Shown here one piece after another: positions 31,630-39,859 of a stretch of DNA of 39,859 bases (position 1 is its first letter; every line of letters begins with the position of its first letter). Under the pieces are notes generated by a model that ran no database searches, was not told where the DNA came from, and was given only the letters and a program-made list of their open reading frames with translations. Source of the DNA: an uncultured Rhodospirillales bacterium (GTDB lineage Bacteria > Pseudomonadota > Alphaproteobacteria > Rhodospirillales > CAJXLG01); the NCBI GenBank assembly GCA_913055885.1, contig CAJXLG010000003.1, forward strand, positions 1 to 39,859, read 5' to 3'. The position numbers were made by a program, and so were the translations under genes.

Positions 31630-33585
31630 TCAACGGCCGCGCTGGGGCCGGACGAAAACACCGTCCAGCCAAAGCCCATCCACTTCCTCTCCTGCACGAA
31701 AGAATGCCACAGCCTCTTCCGGCCGTTCCACAATAGGCTCGCCGGGCCCGTTGAGAGAGGTGTTAAGAAGCACGGGCACCCCGGTGCAGTCAGCAAACCG
31801 GCGCAACACAGTGGCGAAAGCTTCCGGGCTGTCATCAGCAACCGTCTGCACCCGGGCCGTCCCGTCGATGTGGGTGATCGCCGGCAGGGCGGGACCGTCG
31901 ATGACGCGTCCCGTGAACAGCATATAAGGCGCCGGTAACGGACAGCCGGCGAACCAGGTGTCCGCCGCGCCCGCCAACACCATGGGCGCGAGGGGCCGCC
32001 ATCCCTCGCGCCCCTTGATCCGATTGACGCGTGGCCAGTTGCCCGCCGCCCGTGGGTCGGCGAGCAGGGACCGGTGTCCCAGGGCACGCGGACCCATTTC
32101 GCTGGCCCCTTCGTACCAGGCGACCACACCGCCGCCGGCCAGAACGGCAACCGCGGCTTCCAGGGCGGCATCGCCGCGGTGAACGGTATAGCCAGCCTCC
32201 GCCGTTAACGGCGCCAGCGCGGCTTCCCTTCGGGCGGGTTCCGGCGGCGGCCCCTGATAGGGGCTGGGGCCCAAGCCGGCCGCGGCCGACCACGGCATCT
32301 CCAGGATTCCATGATACACCAGGAGGGCTGCCCCCAGCCCCAGCCCCCCGTCATCGCAGGCCGGCTCGACGAACGTGTGGGCGAAGCCGCTGCCCTGCGC
32401 CACGGCTGTATTCGCCGGGCAATTCAGGGCTGTGCCGCCGGAAAGGCAGAGAGCCTCAAGGGGGGTGCCATTGGCCGCCATCATGCGCCGGGCCGCATGG
32501 GCCGCCGCCACCATAGTGTCCTCGGTAAGGGCCTGGGTGCTGGCCGCGATGTCAGCGTTTACCGGATCGGTGATGCGATCAGGGTCGCCCACGGCCCCGG
32601 TTTCTCTTCCCAGATCCTCGGTACCGGCCAGACAGTGCCGCCACCACGCCTCGCGATAGTCCGCGGCGTCGGGGAAGCGGTGTACGAAGTCAGGCCAGTT
32701 GCCGACGAACCGGGTATCGTGGAAGCGGGGCCGCCCCCACGCGGCGAGCCCCATGAGCTTGCCGGCCGCTGTCGCCTGCCCCAGGTTGAGCCGCTCGCCG
32801 ACGGCGTCGTACAGCGGGCCGATGTAAAGGTGGTGGGGGGTCAGCGCGCGCAGCCAGCCATCCAGCCCCGCAAAAATCAGGCCGGCATTGTCTTCCCACG
32901 GGCGGGTGTAACCGTCATGGGTCAGGATAACGGCACGGGCATGCGGGGATTGATAGTACGACGAAGCCGCGTGGCAGTGGTGATGATCCAGCAGATAGGC
33001 TGGCCGTTCCACGCCGTCGAACGTGAAAACGGCGGGATAGTGGAAGCCGATCGGTTCCTCACCCCGCAGGCGGGCCCGCACATCCAGACCGGGCAGGTCG
33101 CCCAGGCCCGGCTCTGCTGTCCACGGAGAGACGACCGAGAATTGGTTCAGCCACCCGTGCCAGGCAATGGCCGCCGGATCCGCCAAATACTCGGGCAAAT
33201 AGTGACGATAGTGCGTCAGCCCGTTGTCCAGATAATAGCGCAGATTGCCGCCAAGGAAGGACGCCACACCCTTGCCGTGCGCCGCCAGTTCTTGCTCGAA
33301 CGCGCCCGGCGCGGCGTGGCCGCTGATCCGTCCCGGACGCAGGGCCGCACGGCCCTCGTGGAACAGCGCCAGTTCCTTGCCCTGGGTGGAGGTGATGGCG
33401 ACGGCATCGACGTCGTGGAAAGCCACCCCCGCCGCCGCCAGGGCCCGGTCAATGTGTCGCGCCCCGAGTCCCATGGCATGGCGTATCCGGTCGTGGCGCT
33501 CGCGCAGTACGAAAGCTGCCGGTCGCCCCGACCGCAGGACGACCACACTGGCATCATGTCCAAAATTCAGGCCCAGTATCACCAT
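31630..33585 (-). CDS. O-carbamoyltransferase, NodU/CmcH/TobZ family (~651 aa)
   Basis: ILGLNFGHDAS, HHHCHAAS, GKLMGLAAWG, LSGGTALNC, GPRALGHRS, IKGREGWRPLAP, HIDGTARVQ, LLNTSLN. AGGAGG precedes ATG 33585. Confidence 0.93.
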   Translation of the reverse strand: MVILGLNFGHDASVVVLRSGRPAAFVLRERHDRIRHAMGLGARHIDRALAAAGVAFHDVDAVAITSTQGKELALFHEGRAALRPGRISGHAAPGAFEQELAAHGKGVASFLGGNLRYYLDNGLTHYRHYLPEYLADPAAIAWHGWLNQFSVVSPWTAEPGLGDLPGLDVRARLRGEEPIGFHYPAVFTFDGVERPAYLLDHHHCHAASSYYQSPHARAVILTHDGYTRPWEDNAGLIFAGLDGWLRALTPHHLYIGPLYDAVGERLNLGQATAAGKLMGLAAWGRPRFHDTRFVGNWPDFVHRFPDAADYREAWWRHCLAGTEDLGRETGAVGDPDRITDPVNADIAASTQALTEDTMVAAAHAARRMMAANGTPLEALCLSGGTALNCPANTAVAQGSGFAHTFVEPACDDGGLGLGAALLVYHGILEMPWSAAAGLGPSPYQGPPPEPARREAALAPLTAEAGYTVHRGDAALEAAVAVLAGGGVVAWYEGASEMGPRALGHRSLLADPRAAGNWPRVNRIKGREGWRPLAPMVLAGAADTWFAGCPLPAPYMLFTGRVIDGPALPAITHIDGTARVQTVADDSPEAFATVLRRFADCTGVPVLLNTSLNGPGEPIVERPEEAVAFFRAGEEVDGLWLDGVFVRPQRGR

Positions 33586-33589
33586 GGGC

Positions 33590-35140
33590 TCACGCCTCCT
33601 CTGCCCCGCCAGTGGCCAGTTGGAGCCACAAGCGTTTATACATGAACACGTGTGGCGCCAGACGCACCGCTTCGCCGGCCGCATGACATGCCTCGGCTGC
33701 CTGGCCCCGGGCCGCCAGAGCCCGGCTCAGGGCATACGCCGCTTCCGCGCGGCCGGGATGGGATGCGAACAGTTCCCGGGCCACGCCTTCCCCTGTTTCC
33801 GCGTCGCCGGAGTCCAGGGCCGCTTCCACAACAGCCAGGCGTTCCTGAACCCAGGCTTCGGTCAGCTGCTCCTGTACCGCCGCACTGTCCGGGGCGTTGG
33901 CGGCGGCCTGACGGGCGTGGCTGAGCGCCGCCGACGGCGCCCCGCGTGCGAGCAGGCAGGCGCACAGGTCCATACGGGTTTGCACGCCAGCCCGGCCGTC
34001 CGCTACCAGTCCTTCCAGGACCGGCTCTGCGGCCGCGAAAGCCCCGGAAGCCAGGAGCCGGTCGGCCAGCGCCCGGTCGGCGCTCCTGCCCTGCTGGGCT
34101 TCCAGGGTCTCGGCGGCTCGGTGGACGGCTGCTGCCCGATCGACGGCGGTGTCCACGTCCGGTCCCGGATCGGGAACCCATTGGCGGCCCGTCACGCCCT
34201 CGTGGTACAGGACGCCGTCCGGCCGACCCAGGTAGGCGCGGGCGACGGCGGCGTTACCGTTCGCCCACCGTGCCTGGAACGCTTCCAGGCTCTCCGGTGC
34301 CGGCGCCAGGACGGTGCCGTCGTTGTCGGACCCGACCCCACGCGCCGTCACGTTCAGCAACGCCTCGTGCCGTTCCGGCGTGGCCCGCGGCTCCATGAGC
34401 GGATACAGCGCATTGAAACGGCGCATGAAGGCCGTCGCGGGCGCATCCAGGGCAACGTTGGCGGCCGAGGTATTGGGAGCTTCCGGCAGCAAGGCCGCGG
34501 AGAGGCCCAGGCACGCGCGGAAGTCGCTCACCACGGACCCGCCCACAAGCGCGCCACGCTCGAAAAGCCGGATCCGCAGGTTCTCCCGGCCAAAGGCCGC
34601 CGCCCACCGGTCGAGTACCGCCTTCTGGTCGAAACAGAAGCGATCGGCCGCCCCGTTCATCCAGCGGTCGATGGCAAGGGCGGTATTGCCGCGCTTGACC
34701 TGCTGGCTGTATTCGCTCAGCAGGTAGGCGTCCTGGCGGCGCAGGTAGATGATGATGGTGATGGTATCGGCAAGCGAGGCCAGGAGCCCCTTGAGCCGGG
34801 CCATCTCGTGCGGCGCGGCCGGGGTCAGGCCCTCGTCCGACAGAATCAGGGCAGTGGCGCCGCTGTTCGCCGCCTCATCGTAGAATGCTTCGGAAAACCA
34901 AAGCCGGAAGCTTTCGATGTCCCCGAAACCGGCACCGAAAGCGGCCCACTCGCGGGGCTCCGCGGCCGCGGCCGCATCACGGGCAAAAAGAGACAGACGC
35001 CTGTGCTCCATGGTACCAAAGCCGGGCGTCCGGGGAACCAGCCACCCCGCCTCGCGCAGGGTATCGGCAGCGGCGGCGAGGGCGCGCTGCAATGCCGTGG
35101 ACCCCGTCTTGGGCAGGCCAACGTGAAGATAAACGTGCAT
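33590..35140 (-). CDS. Sulfotransferase-fold (P-loop) protein with C-terminal TPR-like helices (~516 aa)
   Basis: N-terminal LHVGLPKTGSTALQ (PAPS 5'-PSB-like loop), LILSDE, YLRRQD..LSEY and a helical Ala/Leu-rich C-terminus. TGATG overlap with the upstream gene. Confidence 0.72.
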   Translation of the reverse strand: MHVYLHVGLPKTGSTALQRALAAAADTLREAGWLVPRTPGFGTMEHRRLSLFARDAAAAAEPREWAAFGAGFGDIESFRLWFSEAFYDEAANSGATALILSDEGLTPAAPHEMARLKGLLASLADTITIIIYLRRQDAYLLSEYSQQVKRGNTALAIDRWMNGAADRFCFDQKAVLDRWAAAFGRENLRIRLFERGALVGGSVVSDFRACLGLSAALLPEAPNTSAANVALDAPATAFMRRFNALYPLMEPRATPERHEALLNVTARGVGSDNDGTVLAPAPESLEAFQARWANGNAAVARAYLGRPDGVLYHEGVTGRQWVPDPGPDVDTAVDRAAAVHRAAETLEAQQGRSADRALADRLLASGAFAAAEPVLEGLVADGRAGVQTRMDLCACLLARGAPSAALSHARQAAANAPDSAAVQEQLTEAWVQERLAVVEAALDSGDAETGEGVARELFASHPGRAEAAYALSRALAARGQAAEACHAAGEAVRLAPHVFMYKRLWLQLATGGAEEA

Positions 35141-36357
35141 CAGGCGACACGCTCCGCCAGCCCCCACAAAGCATCCATGAAAGCCCCATCGCCGTCCTCC
35201 CCGGCGGCCCGTGCCTCGGCCAGCACGTCGCGGGCTTCCGTCATCCGCCCCGCGCCGGCCAGCAGCCGCCCGAGCTGGGCCCACGCCTCCCCGTCCCCGG
35301 GGACGTCGGTCACACGGTGGCGCAGGATGGCGAGCGCCGGCTCAAGTTGTCCGTGCTCGGCGAGCCGGTCCCCCGTGCGCCGGGTGCCCCGGTCCAGGGT
35401 ATGCCGCGCCAGGTCCACCGTCAGCCGGACAACGGTATCCGTGTCCAGCGCCGTTTCGCTGCCCGTATGGGGAACCACGCGCGGAGCGGGAAAAGGGGCT
35501 GTCGCCCCGTTGCCGAAAAGACGGGCGTTGCCTTCCTCGAATCGGGCCATGAAAGCGTCCAGACGTGAAGCGGGCAGCCCGGGAACCGTCCCATCAGAGG
35601 CCGCTGCCAGGGCTGCCGCCATGCGGGTCCGCCCGTCGCTGTCGGTCGCGCCGGCGTCTGCCGTGCCGGCAACCGGCGCCCGCTCGTTCAGGCGGCGCAG
35701 AAAGGCCGTGGCCGCCGCGTCGGGGAGTGCGGCGGTATCGCCGGATGCTTCCGGGAGAGCGACGGGCAGGTCCAGATCCGGGGGCGTATCCGCCGGGCCC
35801 GTCAGGACATGCACGGCTTCCGCGCCGAACACCCGGGCCAGTCGTGTCCTCAAGGCTTCATAGTCGAGCGGCGGCATGGGCGCCGGGAGGGCGTCGGGGG
35901 ACGGATGGGGGCTCTCCGCCCGGTGGGCCAGGTCGGCGAGGTGGAGGGGGCTGCCCGCCGCCACCGTTTCCGGATAAGCGTGAAGCAACACGTCATCCTG
36001 GCGCACCAGGTGGAGACGCACCCGGATCCGGGTGGCCAGGGAAGCGAGGCCGTCGCGCACGCGGGCAAGGGCTGTGATGGACAGCCGCGCCAGGGCGCGA
36101 TCCGACAGGATCAGGCGCTGAGGCGCCGCCGCCTCGGTTTCCGCCATCAGGGCTGCCGGCGGCCGGCATTCCCGGCGCGAAGGCTCGCGCCCGCCGTACA
36201 AGGCCGCCACCCTGTGGCCCGCCTGCGGGAATCCTGCCTGCGTGGCGGTCGGATAGAGGATGCCGTGTTGCCGCAGGGCCTGGCGGCCTGCGCGCAAGCG
36301 TGCCTGGGTCCGGCGGGTGGCCGGACCGTCCACACCGATATGGAGGTCGATCACCAT
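35140..36357 (-). CDS. Degenerate paralog of the adjacent sulfotransferase-fold/TPR protein (405 aa)
   Basis: Collinear similarity to 33590-35140 (LILSD, RQD, AxAFxRRxN, AFxARxxxGN), but the P-loop reads LHIGVDGPATRRTQ. Confidence 0.65.
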   Translation of the reverse strand: MVIDLHIGVDGPATRRTQARLRAGRQALRQHGILYPTATQAGFPQAGHRVAALYGGREPSRRECRPPAALMAETEAAAPQRLILSDRALARLSITALARVRDGLASLATRIRVRLHLVRQDDVLLHAYPETVAAGSPLHLADLAHRAESPHPSPDALPAPMPPLDYEALRTRLARVFGAEAVHVLTGPADTPPDLDLPVALPEASGDTAALPDAAATAFLRRLNERAPVAGTADAGATDSDGRTRMAAALAAASDGTVPGLPASRLDAFMARFEEGNARLFGNGATAPFPAPRVVPHTGSETALDTDTVVRLTVDLARHTLDRGTRRTGDRLAEHGQLEPALAILRHRVTDVPGDGEAWAQLGRLLAGAGRMTEARDVLAEARAAGEDGDGAFMDALWGLAERVA

Positions 36358-36395
36358 GGCTCGGGCACTTGTTCCCGTCCGTCGGCGGCCCCCGT

Positions 36396-36401
36396 ATTAT
36401 A
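36396..36401 (-). promoter_or_regulatory. Possible -10 box for the sulfotransferase-carbamoyltransferase operon
   Basis: Perfect TATAAT on the minus strand 38 nt upstream of ATG 36357; no clear -35. Confidence 0.4.
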
Positions 36402-36603
36402 GACACACTGGGAATGGCGCCGTCCATGCGGTCGGCTCTGCCCATCGTGTCGGGCAACGGTGCCGTGCGATCCCTTTTCCGCCCACCAGGGCCCCGGCCA
36501 CGGTCGATCCGTCGAGCAATCGACACGAAACGGACGGCGCCCCGTCCCGGTCAGGGACGAAAGCCTGCGTGGTGACTGAACGCCCGTTTGAACGGAAAAG
36601 GCT

Positions 36604-37227
36604 TTAGCTGCCCGCATCCAGCAGGGCCGCCGCCTGTGTCCACGTGTGCACGCGTGCGTCAGCCGGCGCGTCGGGATGACGGCCGTGGGGGTCGTACAGC
36701 ACCCGGCGTACCCCGGCCGGGAAACCGGGTTCGGCGAACAGTTCCGGCAGGTCGTCCACAAAGGCGTCGGGCAGCAGGGCCGCGATACGGGCTGCTTTCG
36801 CACCGCGTGTGGTTTCCAGGAAGACGGCCCCGGCATCAAGGGCCGCGGCATCCATCACGCCGCTGACACGAAGCCAGGCCCGCGCCGCACCGTGCAGGTC
36901 ATGCCCCGCACCGTCCTGCGACAGTGCCGTGCGGTGACTTACCACCATCAGCCGCCAACCCGCCGCCCTCAGACGGGCCAGGGCGTCGAGGGCACCGGGG
37001 CAGGGCGTGGCAAGAGTCATGCGCGGCCCGTAGACACGCCCCTGCACCCGGGTCCAGGCGGTATTGCCGTGGGCGGCGCGCAGATGGTCGCGCAGGCCCG
37101 TCTTGTCGGACGGTGCATCAGGCGTGGCAAGGCCCATTTCCGTGGCAACCGCATGAAACGCTGCACCATAGCAGGCCAGGGTATTGTCCAGATCCACCCC
37201 CAGGCGCCGGGTGCCACCCCCCGTCAT
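36604..37227 (-). CDS. HAD-superfamily hydrolase (~207 aa)
   Basis: Motif I GVDLDNT, VSHRT, Lys in GAK, motif IV FVDD. ATGA overlap at 37224-37227. Confidence 0.82.
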   Translation of the reverse strand: MTGGGTRRLGVDLDNTLACYGAAFHAVATEMGLATPDAPSDKTGLRDHLRAAHGNTAWTRVQGRVYGPRMTLATPCPGALDALARLRAAGWRLMVVSHRTALSQDGAGHDLHGAARAWLRVSGVMDAAALDAGAVFLETTRGAKAARIAALLPDAFVDDLPELFAEPGFPAGVRRVLYDPHGRHPDAPADARVHTWTQAAALLDAGS

Positions 37228-37688
37228 CCGGTCCCTCGCTCGGCATGGCCGCGAAGATGGGCCAGAAAAGCCTCTCCCGCGGGCGTCCCCTCCGCCGGCG
37301 CCCACGGCGCGAAAGCGGTGCCGCCATAGGGGCCCGGCGCCGTTTCCAGGTAAACGGCGGCCTCGGACAAGGCAACCGCCGTATGCCAGGCCTGCGGGGC
37401 GAAATGGACCAGATGCCGTGGACCTCCGGCCTCCAGCACCGTGGCCGAAGCCAGCGCGCCCTCGGTCGTGAAGATCACCAGCGCCAGCCGGCCCGCCAGA
37501 ATGGTGTAGGTTTTGCCGTCCCCCGCTCCATGATGCGGTGGAACATACCCGTGGTTGGCAAGGGCGATCACCATCTGCTGCACCGGCTCGTTGTGGCTGT
37601 CGTGCAGGCACAGGCGTGTGCGGCCGCGCGGGTGGGCGCATGCCTGATACGCAAGGCGGTCGAACGTCGCCGCATCAACAACGGTCAT
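37224..37688 (-). CDS. WbuC-family cupin-fold metalloprotein (154 aa)
   Basis: RTRLCLH...VQQMVIA...YVPPHH, WHT, E..PGPY. ATGA-coupled on both sides. Confidence 0.8.
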   Translation of the reverse strand: MTVVDAATFDRLAYQACAHPRGRTRLCLHDSHNEPVQQMVIALANHGYVPPHHGAGDGKTYTILAGRLALVIFTTEGALASATVLEAGGPRHLVHFAPQAWHTAVALSEAAVYLETAPGPYGGTAFAPWAPAEGTPAGEAFLAHLRGHAERGTG

Positions 37689-38785
37689 GCCGCCACCTCG
37701 CGCACCGCTTCCCCCACCAGGTCAGCGACGGAGCGGGCATCGTCGAGCGTCATCCCGGCGTGGACGGGCAGGCACAGGGCGCGGCCCGCCAGGGCCGCGG
37801 CACGCGGCGCATCCGTGATGCGTGCCCCAGCCAGTCCCGGCTGCGCCGGCAGATGGTCGCCCGCCCGGGTCTTGGCCTCCACCCCTTTCTGGGCAAGAGC
37901 CGCTTGCAGGGCATCCCGGGCGTCGTGCAGCACGGGGTACATGAACACTACGTCGTCCCTCTCCCGCGCCGTTACGGGCCGCGCCGCCGCGTCCGGCAAC
38001 GCCGCATCATAGGCGGCCGCCAGGGCACGGCGATGGGCGGCCGCGGCGGCCGCGCCGGGCAGGCGTTCCAGGAGGACGGCCGCCTGCACGGTGTCCAGGC
38101 GGCTGTTGAAGGCCGGCGTCACACAGGTCTCGCGATCCCGCATGCCGTTGTAGCGCAGGGTGCGCAGGGCCGCATCCAGGGCGGGATCGTCCGTCACCAC
38201 GGCGCCCGCTTCGCCCACGGCGGCGAGGACCTTCATGGGGTTCATGCTGAAACACGCCAGGTGTCCCCAATTGCCGGCGGGGCGGCCGTCGCGTTCGGCG
38301 CCGAAGGCCTGCGCGGCGTCCTCGATGAGCCACAGGGCCCGCCGGCGCGCCAGGTCAGCCAGGGTGTCCATGGCCGCCAGGCGGCCGTTGTAGTGCACCG
38401 GCAGCAGGGCCTTGGTGCGTGACGTCACCGCTGCCTCGGCCGCCGCCGGGTCCAGGGTCATGTCATCCGTCACGTCGACGAGCACCGGCGTTGCGCCCGT
38501 GACCAGCACCGCACCGGCCGTGGCCGGCCACGACAGGGCGGGGACCACCACCTCGTTACCGGGGCCGACGCCGGCCGCCCGCAAGGCGAGGTACAGGGCC
38601 GCCGTCCCGGAACCAGACCCCACCGCCGACCGCCGGCCGCACGCCTCGGCCATGGCTGCCTCGAAATCGGTCACCTCCGGGCCCAGCAGGAGTTGCCCGT
38701 GGGCCAGTACGCGGTCCATGGCCGCCGTGTAGCGGGCACGCTCCGCCGGATCGGTCACCGAAAGATCCTGGAAGGGATAGCGCAT
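37685..38785 (-). CDS. DegT/DnrJ/EryC1/StrS-family PLP sugar aminotransferase (366 aa)
   Basis: GPEV..FE, SGTAAL, PVHYNG, IEDAAQAFG, FSMNPMK (PLP Lys), NSRLDTVQAA, LCLP. Confidence 0.93.
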   Translation of the reverse strand: MRYPFQDLSVTDPAERARYTAAMDRVLAHGQLLLGPEVTDFEAAMAEACGRRSAVGSGSGTAALYLALRAAGVGPGNEVVVPALSWPATAGAVLVTGATPVLVDVTDDMTLDPAAAEAAVTSRTKALLPVHYNGRLAAMDTLADLARRRALWLIEDAAQAFGAERDGRPAGNWGHLACFSMNPMKVLAAVGEAGAVVTDDPALDAALRTLRYNGMRDRETCVTPAFNSRLDTVQAAVLLERLPGAAAAAAHRRALAAAYDAALPDAAARPVTARERDDVVFMYPVLHDARDALQAALAQKGVEAKTRAGDHLPAQPGLAGARITDAPRAAALAGRALCLPVHAGMTLDDARSVADLVGEAVREVAA

Positions 38786-38791
38786 GGCGAC

Positions 38792-38820
38792 AGAATAGCA
38801 GGTCGCGGGCCGCCGGTCAC
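38792..38820 (-). promoter_or_regulatory. Putative leaderless promoter for the aminotransferase operon
   Basis: Minus strand GTGACC-N17-TATTCT with an extended TG, then 6 nt to ATG 38785; no SD. Confidence 0.5.
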
Positions 38821-38829
38821 GGCGGAGGG

Positions 38830-38859
38830 TTGCCGCCGCCCGGGGGCCTCGGTTATCAA
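38830..38859 (+). promoter_or_regulatory. Putative leaderless promoter for the methyltransferase
   Basis: TTGCCG-N18-TATCAA, then 6 nt to ATG 38866; no SD. Confidence 0.4.
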
Positions 38860-38865
38860 GGCTCC

Positions 38866-39531
38866 ATGGCCTTCGTCGATTTCCTGAGCAGCCACCACAA
38901 CCGCACCAGCCGCGACTATCTGGCGCGTGTGACCCAGGTGGACAAGGCGGCCTGCGCCGAGGTGGCCATCCAGTACGGCTACGATTACTGGGACGGCGAC
39001 CGGGCCTTTGGTTACGGCGGCTACGTCTACGACGGCCGCTGGTATGGCGTTGCCGAACGCATGGCCCGTCACTACGGCCTCGCGGAGGACGCCCGCATCC
39101 TCGACGTGGGCTGCGGCAAGGGCTTCCTGCTCTACGAGTTCACGCGCGTCCTGCCGCGGTGCACCGTGGCGGGGCTGGACATCTCGCGCTATGCCATCGA
39201 CAATGCCAAGCAGGAGGTGCGGCCACGTCTCGTGGCGGGGACCGCGGCCGAGCTGCCGTGGCCCGATGACAGCTTTGATTTCGTGGTATCCATCAACACC
39301 TTGCACAATCTTTATAATTACGACCTTTGGTCGGCCATTCTGGAAATCGAACGCGTGGGGCGCGGTCCGGCCAAGCATATCACCGTGGAATCCTACCGCG
39401 ATGAACGCGAAAAGGTGAACCTGCTCTACTGGCAGCTTACCTGCCGGGCGTTCCACACACCGGCGGAATGGGCCTGGCTTTTCGGACAGGCCGGCTATTC
39501 AGGGGACTGGGGCTTTATCTTTTTCGAGTAG
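38866..39531 (+). CDS. Class I SAM-dependent methyltransferase (~221 aa), of a type seen in surface-polysaccharide loci
   Basis: ILDVGCGKG, GLDIS, LPWPDDSFDFV, NTLHN; N-terminal DYWDGDR..GYGGY.YDGRW. Confidence 0.9.
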   Translation: MAFVDFLSSHHNRTSRDYLARVTQVDKAACAEVAIQYGYDYWDGDRAFGYGGYVYDGRWYGVAERMARHYGLAEDARILDVGCGKGFLLYEFTRVLPRCTVAGLDISRYAIDNAKQEVRPRLVAGTAAELPWPDDSFDFVVSINTLHNLYNYDLWSAILEIERVGRGPAKHITVESYRDEREKVNLLYWQLTCRAFHTPAEWAWLFGQAGYSGDWGFIFFE

Positions 39532-39606
39532 CGGGCCGCCTTGACGCCCCGTCTTACCATTCGTGAACATCGCAGGATCGTGCCGCTGGACGGGAAACCG
39601 TGATCC

Positions 39607-39859
39607 ATGCCCACCGCCCGGCCCTTGCAGCTCGGTTTCATTGGCGGCTCGGCGCAGTCCGCCGTGGGGCCCGTGCATTTCGCCGCCTGCCGGCTCGACG
39701 GTCTTTTCGATGTGGCAGCCGGTTGTTTCAGCCGCGATTCCGCCACCAACGCCGCCACGGCGGCCCGCTACGGCGTGGCACCGGAGCGGACCTATGACGA
39801 CCGGGTCACCATGCTGGCCGCGGAAAAGGGTCGGCTGGACGCCCTTGTTGTCCTCACCC
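39607..39859 (+). CDS. Gfo/Idh/MocA-family oxidoreductase, N-terminal part (runs off the right edge)
   Basis: Hand translation MPTARPLQLGFIGGSAQSAVGPVHFAACRLDGLFDVAAGCFSRD...RTYDD...LDALVVLT(P) matches the NAD-binding N-terminus of this family. Confidence 0.85.
   Translation, partial: MPTARPLQLGFIGGSAQSAVGPVHFAACRLDGLFDVAAGCFSRDSATNAATAARYGVAPERTYDDRVTMLAAEKGRLDALVVLT

Noticed and set aside
33245-35863. 872-aa plus-strand ORF
   Set aside because: Antisense to the coupled sulfotransferase-like and carbamoyltransferase genes, with no recognisable motifs.
36530-36600. Small hairpins downstream of the HAD gene considered as a terminator
   Set aside because: The stems are only 5-6 bp and there is no properly placed U-tract.

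Overview
Very GC-rich bacterial DNA with two adjacent blocks. Block 1 (1-31097) is the start of a modular cis-AT type I polyketide synthase (PKS) cluster. Three translationally coupled minus-strand PKS genes encode at least five modules: KS-AT-KR-ACP; KS-AT-cMT-KR-ACP; KS-AT-DH-cMT-ER-KR-ACP; KS-AT-KR-ACP; and KS-AT-... running off the left edge. No release domain lies in the window. Divergent from them is a plus-strand operon: a FAAL-acyl-CoA dehydrogenase-ACP loading protein, an APH/choline-kinase-like phosphotransferase and an Sfp-type PPTase. Block 2 (31630-39859) looks like a surface-glycan or tailoring locus: a NodU/CmcH carbamoyltransferase, two paralogous sulfotransferase-fold/TPR proteins, a HAD hydrolase, a WbuC cupin, a DegT aminotransferase, a SAM methyltransferase and a partial Gfo/Idh/MocA oxidoreductase. 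A gene remnant separates the blocks. The most unusual signals are a ~5.8 kb GRINS-like nucleotide-skewed segment in the first PKS gene, His replacing the catalytic Tyr in exactly the two KRs of methyltransferase-bearing modules, a strong internal SD+ATG at the FAAL/ACAD junction, and a dedicated kinase in a fatty-acyl-primed PKS. Domain calls come from motifs read by eye; no searches were run.
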